A stretch of DNA of 63,276 nt, filler included, from Octopus bimaculoides (taxonomy: Eukaryota), in the NCBI RefSeq assembly GCF_001194135.2. It is 8 parts of 8 records of this genome, joined end to end, with 100 filler letters (N's around TTAATTAATTAA, not from the genome) between each part and the next. Parts side by side here need not be neighbours in the genome. Positions count along the whole stretch, not along the records: positions 50,690 to 54,392 come from NC_068985.1; positions 54,493 to 60,990 come from NC_068984.1; positions 61,091 to 63,276 come from NW_026425772.1; 5 more parts are not named here. The stretch is one strand, 5' to 3'. Shown here piece after piece: positions 51,471 to 63,276 of this stretch. The notes beneath the pieces are model-generated. The model was given only the letters and a program-made list of their open reading frames with translations, searched no databases and was not told the origin of the DNA. Numbering within the stretch: position 1 is the stretch's first letter; each line of letters opens with the position of its first letter. The translations under genes and the position numbers were made by a program.

Positions 51471-53066
51471 CATACCCAAGGGTATATCTAACTTCTGTTT
51501 ACTTTTAACGATCAACATCAGAAATATTCATATGTTGCGAGTCGCTGGTACAGGACATAGGACGCATTAACTGCCGTGTTATAAGATTTCTAGAAATTAG
51601 GTTCTCCCATACGACTGATACCAGGAAGTGCTAAATTAACGGTTGGTACTACAAGAAATTAACAAAAACACTGTAATATCATATTACTAATTAATAATGT
51701 AATTTAAGAAGCTGAAACTGAAATGACCTCGAAGACATGTCTAGACCAACAATGACGTTAAAATTAGCCTAAACATCTCTCTATCATTCTCTGTCGTTAT
51801 ATATNNNNNNNNNNNNNNNNNNNNNNNNNNNNNNNNNNNNNNNNNNNNNNNNNNNNNNNNNNNNNNNNNNNNNNNNNNNNNNNNNNNNNNNNNNNNNNNN
51901 NNNNNNNNNNNNNNNNNNNNNNNNNNNNNNNNNNNNNNNNNNNNNNNNNNNNNNNNNNNNNNNNNNNTATATATATATATATATGTATTGGAAAGTGCTT
52001 ACTGGCTACGAACTAATTAAGACATAATAGGTCTCATATAAATCCATTATAATGCATACTCACTCGTACACACACAGACAAACACATACACACATATACT
52101 CACACACAAATATCTATGCTACACTTATTTAATTTATATGGTAAAACATAGCTTTATTGATTTCAACCTCAAAGATGAGAGAATAATATAACACTATCAA
52201 ATTAAAGTAGATTTCGCTATGTCACCATCTTTGAATATCATATATCGCTGAATGTCTTAGAAACAGTAGCAAATTAACCCTCATCTCATATCAAATGGTT
52301 TTAAAACGAATACTAAACATTCAATAGTGTAATCTCGGATACAATTTCGGAATAATTTTGATGAAAGTTTGTTTTGGGAGAAATAATAGGAAGAATGAAA
52401 ACCAACATCACCACCAAGCAATGACAAGACAATGACGTCATTATCAATGAGAAAGCCAGTAAGTGATTGTTCGATCTGCTGAAAATAGCAGCAAAGTCTC
52501 CCTAAAGTTTCACTATCTCTCGTGTCACGAAATGAGTGACGGATTAGATACCGTGTCTCTCTAGTCTAGACAAACTGTCTTTGATTTCTGATTCGAACAG
52601 TTGATAGTCATGGATAGAAAGAACTTTGATCACATGTCCGATTAATCAGAACCAGCTCTTCTTGGTAAAATAGAACAAGAACACTACAAAAAAATCACAG
52701 AGAGAGGACAGAGAAAGAGAAGGGGAGAGAGTGAGAGAGAGAGAACAGGGAGAGGAAGAGAGACGTACTAGATAACTGAGCCAAAACTGCAGTGTCAAGA
52801 AGAGGAGGGGACGGTTACAGCTGGAACATCTTTAATCATGTGTATGATGAATCAAACTTGACTCGGGGCTAATTAGCAACGGTATAAGTAATTATATATC
52901 GTAAACATCTAGCGTGGAAGTGTGGTAAGAAGCTTTCTTCCCAGCCACATAGTTACGGGCTCAGTCCCACCGTGTGGCACCTTAGGCAAATGTCTTCTAC
53001 TATAGCCTCGGGCAGACCATAACCCTGTGAGTGGATTTGGTAGGCAGGAACTGAAAGAAGTCTGTC

Positions 53067-53113
<47 letters not shown>

Positions 53114-53414
53114 AGTAAAAATAAATACAAAAAAGGTGGTTTTTTTGTATGATTGTGTATAGAGGAATATATTATTTTGTTTAAAAGAGTTCCAACACTG
53201 TCTGTTTTTTATGTTTTATTTATATTCCCGCAGAACTAATGTGGGGTATAGAATATGGAATATACAATATATAATATATAATATACAATATAAAATAAAA
53301 TAAAATAAAATAGAAATGGATGGCACCATGAAAGAAAGTATTGAATGTAGATGAAATATTGAGTGTTCAATATAAAGGATCAAATATATAAATATATAAA
53401 TATAAATATATAAA

Positions 53415-53454
53415 GGCGACTCGAGTTTCAGGGCTAGTTCCCTTCGTCATGGCC
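53415..53454 (-). ncRNA. Minimal hammerhead-like motif, variant core (extra A between C3 and U4)
   Basis: Minus strand reads GGC C-A-UGACGA AGGG-aacuag-CCCU GAAAC UCGA GUC/GCC. 4-bp stem II, self-complementary ACUCGAGU stem III, GUC triplet, 3-bp stem I. Confidence 0.5.
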
Positions 53455-53499
53455 GGTATGACAGACTTTAACAGAATATATATATATATATATGTATAT

Positions 53500-54130
53500 A
53501 TTGTTTAAAGAGTTTTGACTATTAATTCTGACATGAAGGGAAACCATTGGGCCGGCGGATTTCCAAGATACAGCTCACCAGATCATAGCAGATTCTCCTC
53601 CATGTTTAACAGTTGGAAGAAGGCAGTCTGGGTCAAATGTTTCTTTTGGCTATCTCCACATGTATTCTCGGCCGGTGGTCGGAAATAGAGTAAAGGATGA
53701 TTCGTCCGAAAAAATAACATTTTCCCACTGCTCTAGTGACCGATTCTGTAGGTATTTACTCCACTCTAAACGCTTTGCAACGTTTGGTTTTGAAAGTAGT
53801 GGTTTTCTGATCGCAGCCCTACCGTAAAATCCGATTTTGTGCATCTCCCGGTGAACAGTTTTTGTGCAAACTGGATTCTCGAGGTGATCATTAAGCTCTA
53901 CAGTAATTATGAGAGCTGTACTTTTGTGGTCCCAATCTGAAAGTTTTTGTTTTCTTCGGAGTTTTGTTTCGACGAGGAGGTTTTCCCCTCATTCTCAAAG
54001 GACGTCATTATTTTCAAGACAGTACTTCTTGATGCACCAAGCATTTTGGATGTTGTCGTTACGCTACCGCCTGCCATACGAGCACCAACAATTTGACCTC
54101 TTTGAAAGTCCGATAGATCTGTCATTATAA
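53500..54130 (-). mobile_element. Tc1-family transposase fragment
   Basis: MTDLSDFQRGQIVGARMAG HTH; GFYGRAAIRKPLLS...WENVIFSDESSFTLF. Confidence 0.9.
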
Positions 54131-55889
54131 CGAATTTTAATTACCTTTTTTGGATCTTTCTTAAAACGGGGGCCACATTTTTCATTAACGAAACACTTTG
54201 AAACTTGGAACACTGGTAGAATGTGTCATATAAAACATCTTTTTCTCTTAGTCTTCTTTAAAAAAAAAAGAAATCCATAAGTTATTCCATGTTAAAGTTG
54301 TCGTATTTCTGTAATTTCAACCAATCACTGACGTCCATTCAGCCGATATACATTAAGTGCCGACTACATAAACAAACGATTCTGAAACAATTNNNNNNNN
54401 NNNNNNNNNNNNNNNNNNNNNNNNNNNNNNNNNNNNTTAATTAATTAANNNNNNNNNNNNNNNNNNNNNNNNNNNNNNNNNNNNNNNNNNNNGAAATACA
54501 GGTACAACAGAAACAGGAAGAAAGAGTGAGAGAAAGTTGTGGTGGAAGAGTACAGCAGGGTTCACCACCATCCCCTGCCGGAGCCTCGTGGAGCTTTAGG
54601 TGTTTTCGCTCAATAAACACTCACAATGTCCGGTCTGGGAATCGAAACCGCGATCCTATGACCGCGAGTCCACTGCCCTAACCACTGGGCCATTGCGCCT
54701 CCTCAACTATAATGATAATTGTGGTAATAGTTGTAGAAGTACTAGTAATAATAGTAATAGCAAAATCATAATGTTTTCTTTATTATTCACTGAGGGTTAA
54801 TATAATATTATAAACAATACAGGACGATATAACGAAGGGGTTACATAAAAGCGTGTAAAAGAGTAAAAATATCAGAAACAAAAAAACAAAAAGAAAAGGA
54901 ATAATTCCCCAAAATGTGAAACGTCTGAGGGTTAGTTGTGGAAACCCCACAAAGTCACGATCTCTCTGACCACTAGGGCAAGCGCCCTCTCTCATTTGAA
55001 TCCCTCAATCTACAGGTACATGTTCAGAGTAGGCCCGTTCACTCGGGCCATGCTCACCACCCTTACCCACTTTTCTACAAATTTGCTGGGAGGCAGCATT
55101 TCCTGATATGGAGCTGTTATGTTGATGAACTCATCAGGTTTACTTATTTGCGTGCTCCTGATCGAGGATGTGAAACCAAATTTGAATTGTTCATTCAGTA
55201 ATTATTACTTTCATAAAAGTTAGATATATTTCGACCAAAATTATTCCAGGCTTTGTCTAACTTAACAGCATCACTTGATAGAATCTGTTTAGTTATGTTT
55301 AAGTCATGTATTTTGGTGTCATAGCCAATTGAAGTTAGGGCGTACGAGAGAGTGCTTGAAATGTTCCTGGCTTTAAGTGTATCGCGAAAAGCTTAGTTGG
55401 AGACTCGACCTTCCGAGTTCTTTTACAGGGACCTTAGAAAACATGAAGGACCTCTGCAATAAATGTGTGGATCTGAGAGTGTAATACGTTGAATAAAACC
55501 ATAATTAAACGATCTTCTTGTATTTTCTTTTCTCCTAAATCAGAAACTTTTCAGTACCCCTCATAACTGTCGACTGAAATATATCAAGACATTGGCAGAA
55601 TCGTTAGCGCGTCAGGTAAAATACTTAGCGGCATTTCGTCCGTCTTCACGTTCTGAGTTCAAATTCCGCCGAGATCGACCTACGGGCTCGATAAAATAAG
55701 TACGAGTTGAACAGTGGCGTCGATGTAGTCGAATTCCCCACCCCTAGTTACTGGCTTTGTGCCAGAATTTCAAAAAATTATTACTTAACATAGAAGCAAA
55801 CATTAATGTGTGTGCGCGCGTGATGAGTGAGTGTTTGTTTGAGTGTGTATGTGTAAATGTGTGTGTATATATACTTATATGTATATGCT

Positions 55890-55953
<64 letters not shown>

Positions 55954-56899
55954 CAATATTTATGCATGTATGCGTAGTTTTGTGTGTCTATTTATCTGTC
56001 TATCATTAAAAATGTAAGACCTATGAAGAGGAATAGAACAATACAATAGAGAAGAAAACAATATACGATAGTGGGAGAGATGAGGGAGAGGGAATGGGAG
56101 AGGCGAGGAGAAGAAATGTAGAGAAAGAGAAAGAAAGGGAGGGAAATAGGTGGGGGTGGGGAGAAATCTAGACGTTTGGTTAATGATGTGTTTCTGGTCT
56201 TATCTATTTAATGATTAAAGAGTTCTTAATCATCCATAATTTAAAGAATAATCAGTTTATCAGGTTCTTAATCGCAGAAAGAAAAAGATGAGTTAATGCG
56301 TTGAGAAGACAGGAAGTTGAAGCTTTCATAGCCTATCGAAATTATTTATACAAAGAATCGATTGCGGGTAAGAGAGAATATATCCAGAGCGGAGTTCCAT
56401 TAAGCAATGTGTCAAGCGATCCTTAGCCGGATAATTAAGGCATTCTTTGAATAAACATTTCCATTATTATCTGCTCACATCACTTACTATACATACACTC
56501 TTAAGATGGATCTATTTAATTTGATGAAGCTTCCCTTTCCCCGGTTGACTAATATATAAATAAATAAATAATGTCAGTCGATAAATCAAGACAAATTACG
56601 ACTGATAAAAAATAACAAATATCTGAGTTACGTATATACATTAGGATATGAAAATACGATCTCTCAAGTGATGATAGCTTAAATAAATGATTTATTCAAA
56701 CAGCTCGATGTTTGTGGCAGGGGAAGGTCGTATAGAGAGTGGTGGAGAAGATTCACATGAAATAGAACCTGCCCAAGGGCAGACCACCGGTAGGCTATCT
56801 ATCTATCTATCTATCTATCTATACACACACACATGTTTATGTCTAAGTACCAGGTTTAAAAATAATTGTTGGGGTTCCGCATAGCGGAAGTCAACTACA

Positions 56900-57280
56900 A
56901 TTTATACATTGAAATAACTGTCAATACACATATATTGTAGCTCGTTCACTAAAATTTACAGTAAAAAATACAGGGATACTTGTTTTCTAGAGGCTGTTGC
57001 ATGAGTGAGCAAACTCTTCAAAATTATTAACGTCTAATAATTAAAAAAAGGCATACTCCTGAATGCCAGAAAATCTCTCTCGTAAGGACATTAGAATGTT
57101 ATCAATTATTCCAAAATAGGTAGTTTTATAATTAATTTGTGTAACTCTGACTTTTTTTCTAGGAGGAGGATCTGACTCATCTGCCTGTTCTATGACAGCA
57201 GCTGTATCGCGCAGAATGTTTTCATAATGTCCAACCTTGTACTCTTAACACAGAGAACCTCTAAGACGACCGCCAGGCGC
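56900..57280 (-). mobile_element. Degenerate hAT (ZMYM1-like) transposase C-terminal remnant
   Basis: My translation: PPPRKKVRV...YFGIIDNILMSLRERFS, then frameshifted LLDVNNFEEF and VNELQY pieces. Confidence 0.5.
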
Positions 57281-58606
57281 TGAGTGAAAATAAATGAACT
57301 GCAATGAGGCTCAATAAAAGGAGCCTGAGTTATTGGCTGCAATTACATACTTCAAAGTCAGTGTTGAAAGAAATGAAATGAGCTGGCAAATACACGTTCA
57401 CTTTACTAAATTTATACTCGTTCTAAGCCTGAACAGCTCGAATGCTGGAGTCGATTCCTTCGACTAAAATTTTTTTACATGCGGTGCCCATGTATGGCCG
57501 CAGTCTAAAGACTGAAAAAAAAAGTTATACAAGTAGNNNNNNNNNNACACACACAATTATACATTCATACATGAAATCACTGTATGATTCAGAAACTGGC
57601 TCTGCAATATGCGGTTCCGTGTTCCATTCGATCGCGTAGCATAGTCAATAGTTGCCTTCTTCAGTTACCTGGAGATGATCAATATTTCGTGGATTGAATT
57701 TGCATGATTAAAACTTGCAGAAGCCTGTCATATGTCTGCCGATTAAGACGCAATGAAGAACAAAAAAACAAAAAAAGAATCGAAACCACCACCAAAACAC
57801 AAAACAAAACAAACGAAGAAAAACAAAATCACAGCAAAACAAAATATAGATATAACAAGAAACAGTAGTGTGTAACAATGTAACAAACAAAACAAAACAA
57901 AATAAAGGCACTCGATAAAATAATTACTAGTCCAAAATATGTACTAGGATTCGATTTGTTTGAGTAAACATATTTGCCGGCGGTGCCTGAACATCACCGT
58001 AATCCAATGATTGCAAGTTATANNNNNNNNNNNNNNNNNNNNNNNNNNNNNNNNNNNNNNNNNNNNNNNNNNNNNNNNNNNNNNNNNNNNNNNNNNNNNN
58101 NNNNNNNNNNNNNNNNNNNNNNNNNNNNNNNNNNNNNNNNNNNNNNNNNNNNNNNNNNNNNNNNNNNNNNNNNNNNNNNNNNNNNNNNNNNNNNNNNNNN
58201 NNNNNNNNNNNNNNNNNNNNNNNNNNNNNNNNNNNNNNNNNNNNNNNNNNNNNNNNNNNNNNNNNNNNNNNNNNNNNNNNNNNNNNNNNNNNNNNNNNNN
58301 NNNNNNNNNNNNNNNNNNNNNNNNNNNNNNNNNNNNNNNNNNNNNNNNNNNNNNNNNNNNNNNNNNNNNNNNNNNNNNNNNNNNNNNNNNNNNNNNNNNN
58401 NNNNNNNNNNNNNNNNNNNNNNNNNNNNNNNNNNNNNNNNNNNNNNNNNNNNNNNNNNNNNNNNNNNNNNNNNNNNNNNNNNNNNNNNNNNNNNNNNNNN
58501 NNNNNNNNNNNNNNNNNNNNNNNNNNNNNNNNNNNNNNNNNNNNNNNNNNNNNNNNNNNNNNNNNNNNNNNNNNNNNNNNNNNNNNNNNNNNNNNNNNNN
58601 NNNNNN

Positions 58607-58747
58607 CCATGATAAAACTCCGAGTTTCGGATGCCGGGGTGGGAGCCCACGCCTACATCTCTGTTCCATTTTTCAATGGCCGGATAACTGAAGAGATGTT
58701 GGCGTGGGCTCCCACCCCGGCATCCGAAACTCGGAGTTTTATCATGG
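58607..58747. repeat. 56-bp inverted repeat with one mismatch and a 29-bp spacer
   Basis: 58607-58662 is the reverse complement of 58692-58747 except at one position. Confidence 0.92.
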
Positions 58748-58750
58748 CTA
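58677..58750 (+). ncRNA. Type I hammerhead ribozyme-like motif with extended stem II
   Basis: Stem I GAUAA/UUAUC (plus UGGCC/GGCUA), CUGAAGA at 58688-58694, stem II GAUGUUGG...CCGGCAUC with one bulged C, GAAA at 58726-58729, stem III ACU/AGU, GUU triplet ending 58738. Confidence 0.6.
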
Positions 58751-59316
58751 CCGAATAAGTGTCACGTATTTTTACAGATATATATATATATATATATATT
58801 GCAGTTTCGTCTTTTCATTTGTAGTTCAACCGAATTAAAAATATAATAAGCAACAAACACCCTGGATCTATAGTTTTTATCGTCCACATCCTTTTAGAGT
58901 TTGGAACAAAGATATAAAATTAAACAGCTATACTGAAATTATGATGCGAAGCAATTGTAATGTAAAATGGCGTTGAATTAGAAATATACTGGCCTACTAA
59001 TAAAAGGTTTATTAGTTTTTATCATTCATTCTGAAGTCCATGGCGTATATATAATTTAGTAAATCTATCCGCTCTCAATTTGTAGTATGTTAATTTTCGC
59101 CAGTGTATGAGTGAAAATTCACTGAATTTAGTATCCTGATTACTGCAGCATTGTTTTGTCAAGTACGGCGAAGTCTATGCATTGCTGGGGTTGTTCAATA
59201 TGTCCAAAGCTGTCTCCCGTACACGCTGATGGATTCAGTCATATAGCGGATTATTTTTCCCCCACGAAAATACACAGAAAGACACACACATACAGATACA
59301 GTACACATGCATATGT

Positions 59317-59382
<66 letters not shown>

Positions 59383-59999
59383 NNNNNNNNNNNNNNNNNN
59401 NNNNNNNNNNNNNNNNNNNNNNNNNNNNNNNNNNNNNNNNNNNNNNNNNNNNNNNNNNNNNNNNNNNNNNNNNNNNNNNNNNNNNNNNNNNNNNNNNNNN
59501 NNNNNNNNNNNNNNNNNNNNNNNNNNNNNNNNNNNNNNNNNNNNNNNNNNNNNNNNNNNNNNNNNNNNNNNNNNNNNNNNNNNNNNNNNNNNNNNNNNNN
59601 NNNNNNNNNNNNNNNNNNNNNNNNNNNNNNNNNNNNNNNNNNNNNNNNNNNNNNNNNNNNNNNNNNNNNNNNNNNNNNNNNNNNNNNNNNNNNNNNNNNN
59701 NNNNNNNNNNNNNNNNNNNNNNNNNNNNNNNNNNNNNNNNNNNNNNNNNNNNNNNNNNNNNNNNNNNNNNNNNNNNNNNNNNNNNNNNNNNNNNNNNNNN
59801 NNNNNNNNNNNNNNNNNNNNNNNNNNNNNNNNNNNNNNNNNNNNNNNNNNNNNNNNNNNNNNNNNNNNNNNNNNNNNNNNNNNNNNNNNNNNNNNNNNNN
59901 NNNNNNNNNNNNNNNNNNNNNNNNNNNNNNNNNNNNNNNNNNNNNNNNNNNNNNNNNNNNNNNNNNNNNNNNNNNNNNNNNNNNNNNNNNNNNNNNNNC

Positions 60000-60265
60000 T
60001 GTCATATATATGTATATATATATATGTATGTATGTGTATATGTTTGTGTCTGTGTTTGTCCCCCCAACATCGCTTGACAAGCGATGCTGGTGTGTTTACG
60101 TCCCCGTAAATTAGCGGTTCGGCAAAAGAGACCGATAAAATAAGTACTAGGCTTCCCAAAGAATAAATCCTGGGGTCGATTTGCTCGACTAAAGGCGGTG
60201 CTCCAGCATGGCCGCAATCAAATGACTGAAACAATTAAAAGAGTAAAAGAGTAAAAGAGTAAAGA
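60000..60265 (+). mobile_element. Same SINE family, 3' half, CpG-intact (other partial copies at about 700-900, 19880-20040, 52920-53070)
   Basis: gtttgtcccccaacatcgcttgac...gtaaaagag tail. Confidence 0.85.
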
Positions 60266-60385
60266 GTATATGTATGTGAGTGTGTGTGTATGTGTGTGTG
60301 CCTGTGCATATGTATGTGGTTGTGTGCGCGCTTGTATGTGTGTGCGTGTGCGTGTGCGTGCACGTTTGTGTGAGTGTGCGTGCAT

Positions 60386-60424
<39 letters not shown>

Positions 60425-60937
60425 CAGCTGAGACCTCACAACTCATCACACCAGCATGATATCAGATGTGAAGTTCCGTAGTGGTTGCCTTCCTTTTACA
60501 CCCCCACACACATTTCACACTACTCCAGGGTCGACGAAATAAGGTAAGCAGGCAAATTACTGGATTCCATATAATCGACTATAAGCATAGAAGGCAGTGT
60601 TCCAGATTGGCCGCAGCCCAATGAAGGAAATGAATAAACAATGCAACAAAAAGAAAGCAAAAATAAAACAAACACGACACGACACTTCTATGTACGCATA
60701 CAAACATATATACAAATGTACTGCTTTACTCAGCTTAAGAATGATTAAATATTTAATCAACTTAATTAGAGATTAAGATGCTTGTATGAAATGATGTTGA
60801 TTACATAGTTAATGAGCTCGTTAACAAGGTTATTACAACACTTAATATTTTTGACGTTCAAGTAAACAACTAAGAATTTTAGCAAATTGGAACTTTTTCA
60901 AAATATATGATACACACTTGACGCAACGATTAAGATT

Positions 60938-60990
<53 letters not shown>

Positions 60991-61139
60991 NNNNNNNNNN
61001 NNNNNNNNNNNNNNNNNNNNNNNNNNNNNNNNNNTTAATTAATTAANNNNNNNNNNNNNNNNNNNNNNNNNNNNNNNNNNNNNNNNNNNNAAAGCACGTT
61101 ATAAAAATAAAACTACTGAATAATAATAATAATAATAGT

Positions 61140-62080
61140 ACCCATCAATGGCTAATAGCTTTTGGCTTGAAATCAGAAAAGGAGGGTCTATCATAGCAGC
61201 CCAAGATCAATGCTTACCTACAAGAAATTATCAGGCCAACATATGAAAGAACGGTAGCTTCCCAACATGTCGTGTATGTCAACAACATAATGAAACCATT
61301 GATCATGTTGTCTCCATGTGCAGTCTCCTTGCGCCTACAGAGTTTCTCAACAGGCATGATAGAGCTGCACAATATATTCACTGGGTAATTTTTAAAATCC
61401 TGGACCTGCCCCATGATAAAAACTGGTGGCAATACAAACCACCACCAGAAAATGATGACATCTCACTCCTCTGGAACTTCACAATTCAAACTGACCGAAA
61501 GATAGATGCAAATAGGCCAAACATTATGAAAGACTTTAGACAAAAATCATGCCTCCTCATTGATATGACTATCCCAATCGATATAAACGTATCTGTCAAG
61601 ACCTACCAAAAACTGAGCAAGTAAAAGATCTTGAAATAGAAATTAGCAAAATGTTGTACCTGAAGACTAAAACAATATCTGTTGTCATAGGAATGATNNN
61701 NNNNNNNGTTGTACCTGAAGACTAAAACAATATCTGTTGTCATAGGAATGATAGCAAAAGGGGCTGAGTGCTACCTAGCTCAGATACCAGGAAACCCTAA
61801 AATGGCAGAAATTCAAAAGATAGTACTCATGGGAACTGCCCATATCCTACGTAAAATACTATGTAATTTCAAATTTTAAAACAAACTCATAATTTTCTTA
61901 TGGATTCTTAAACATTCTCTAGAACAATACTATGTACAAAACCAAATATATGGCACCCTAGGCATAACACCAAAATGAACTTCTAACTTGTTATCTCGTG
62001 AGGTCTCTGGGTGAGACTTGGAGCCAACTTGTACAAATGCGAAGCAAAAGTCAAACATAAAATAATTATTATTATTACAA
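61140..62080 (+). mobile_element. 3' end of an R4/Dong-like non-LTR retrotransposon with a restriction-like endonuclease
   Basis: EGLIIAAQDQCLPTRNY; ETIDHVVSMC..LAPTEFLNRHD; degenerate RPD (RPNI) and LIDMTIP..K..K motifs; QKIVLMGTAHILRKIL; TAA-rich tail. Confidence 0.85.
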
Positions 62081-62423
62081 TTATAATAATACAACGTAAT
62101 ATAAATAAAATTGCAAATGTTTTGGTGCGTGACTTTTGGTCCACCATTAGCTTTCTTGTTTTTATCCTTTTACGCATGCGTTAACTTTTTCGAGAAGCTT
62201 AATGCCCTCGCACTTGCCGGGATCAAGCGGTCTCAATGATAAAAAGCGCGAATCTTCTAGGACGTTTCGGACATTGACTGAAGAGGAAATCAGCTGCGAA
62301 TGTTCTTTGTATCATGCTATGCTTTCGTCTAGTTTGCCGTATGTTGTGTTTTTTGTTGGTTCTCCGCTTTCTGTGATTTCGTCCCATTTTTCTCTTTGTT
62401 GTGTTCTTTCTACTCAACGCTTG

Positions 62424-62493
<70 letters not shown>

Positions 62494-62809
62494 NNNNNNN
62501 NNNNNNNNNNNNNNNNNNNNNNNNNNNNNNNNNNNNNNNNNNNNNNNNNNNNNNNNNNNNNNNNNNNNNNNNNNNNNNNNNNNNNNNNNNNNNNNNNNNN
62601 NNNNNNNNNNNNNNNNNNNNNNNNNNNNNNNNNNNNNNNNNNNNNNNNNNNNNNNNNNNNNNNNNNNNNNNNNNNNNNNNNNNNNNNNNNNNNNNNNNNN
62701 NNNNNNNNNNNNNNNNNNNNNNNNNNNNNNNNNNNNNNNNNNNNNNNNNNNNNNNNNNNNNNNNNNNNNNNNNNTATATATATAGAGAGAGAGAGAGGGG
62801 GGAGGTAGG

Positions 62810-62841
<32 letters not shown>

Positions 62842-63243
62842 CTAACGAAAATTATAAAGTAACACGAAATAATTACTGTAAAACAAAACACTAGAAGCTT
62901 AGATGTGTTTTAACAGCTTTGTAAACTGCTTACGCATGCGCTTTCTCTTGTTTACAAAGCTGCGTAAATACTATGTATGTGTTAGCATTGTTGGAGCTGC
63001 AGAAATCCTCCCAGTCAACCGCTAATAGTAACATGATAGACGAAACAACTAACACACAATCAAACACTAATACATACTCTTTTAAACAGATATTCAGCAT
63101 TTGTTTTATCTGAACGATGAGACATAGAGAGACATTGTGAGTTACGTCAGAATATATCCCCAAGTTATTTATGCATGTAAGTATGTATATATGTATGTAT
63201 GTTGATATATATATGTATGCATGCATGTATGTTTGCATACATA

Positions 63244-63276
<33 letters not shown>

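Noticed and set aside
57050-57279. Candidate minus-strand host exon with a strong acceptor at 57280
   Set aside because: Early in-frame stop, downstream frameshifts and hAT-transposase-like peptides indicate a transposon remnant.
438-63276. Long ORFs in the supplied track made of X runs or YI/HT/CV repeats
   Set aside because: Produced by N gaps and by (TA)n or (CA)n microsatellites.

Overview
AT-rich, gap- and microsatellite-rich animal genomic DNA. The SINE, RTE and MITE families suggest an octopus-type cephalopod; this is an inference. Seven artificial 100-bp joins (44 N + TTAATTAATTAA + 44 N) split the window into eight scaffold pieces. Host coding sequence: (1) twelve + strand GT-AG exons (36186-49964) splice in frame into the C-terminal part of an FGD5/6-like RhoGEF (end of DH, PH, FYVE, most of the second PH). 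Its 5' exons and last exon are not in the window. (2) One - strand exon (9004-9331) encodes a signal peptide plus a PAN/Apple domain. Most of the rest is decayed mobile DNA: Tc1/mariner, hAT, Penelope-like RT/GIY-YIG, RTE and R4-like LINE fragments, SINEs and MITEs. The most notable observation is a set of minimal type I hammerhead-ribozyme-like motifs from four unrelated repeat families (17054-17098, 58677-58750, 53415-53454, and a four-copy family best seen at 8583-8623). One of them is paired with a 56-bp inverted partial copy of itself. Other observations: long inverted repeats, a 111-bp-arm fold-back, and CpG decay in SINE copies inside versus outside the gene. All structures were derived by eye; no folding, alignment or database search was run.
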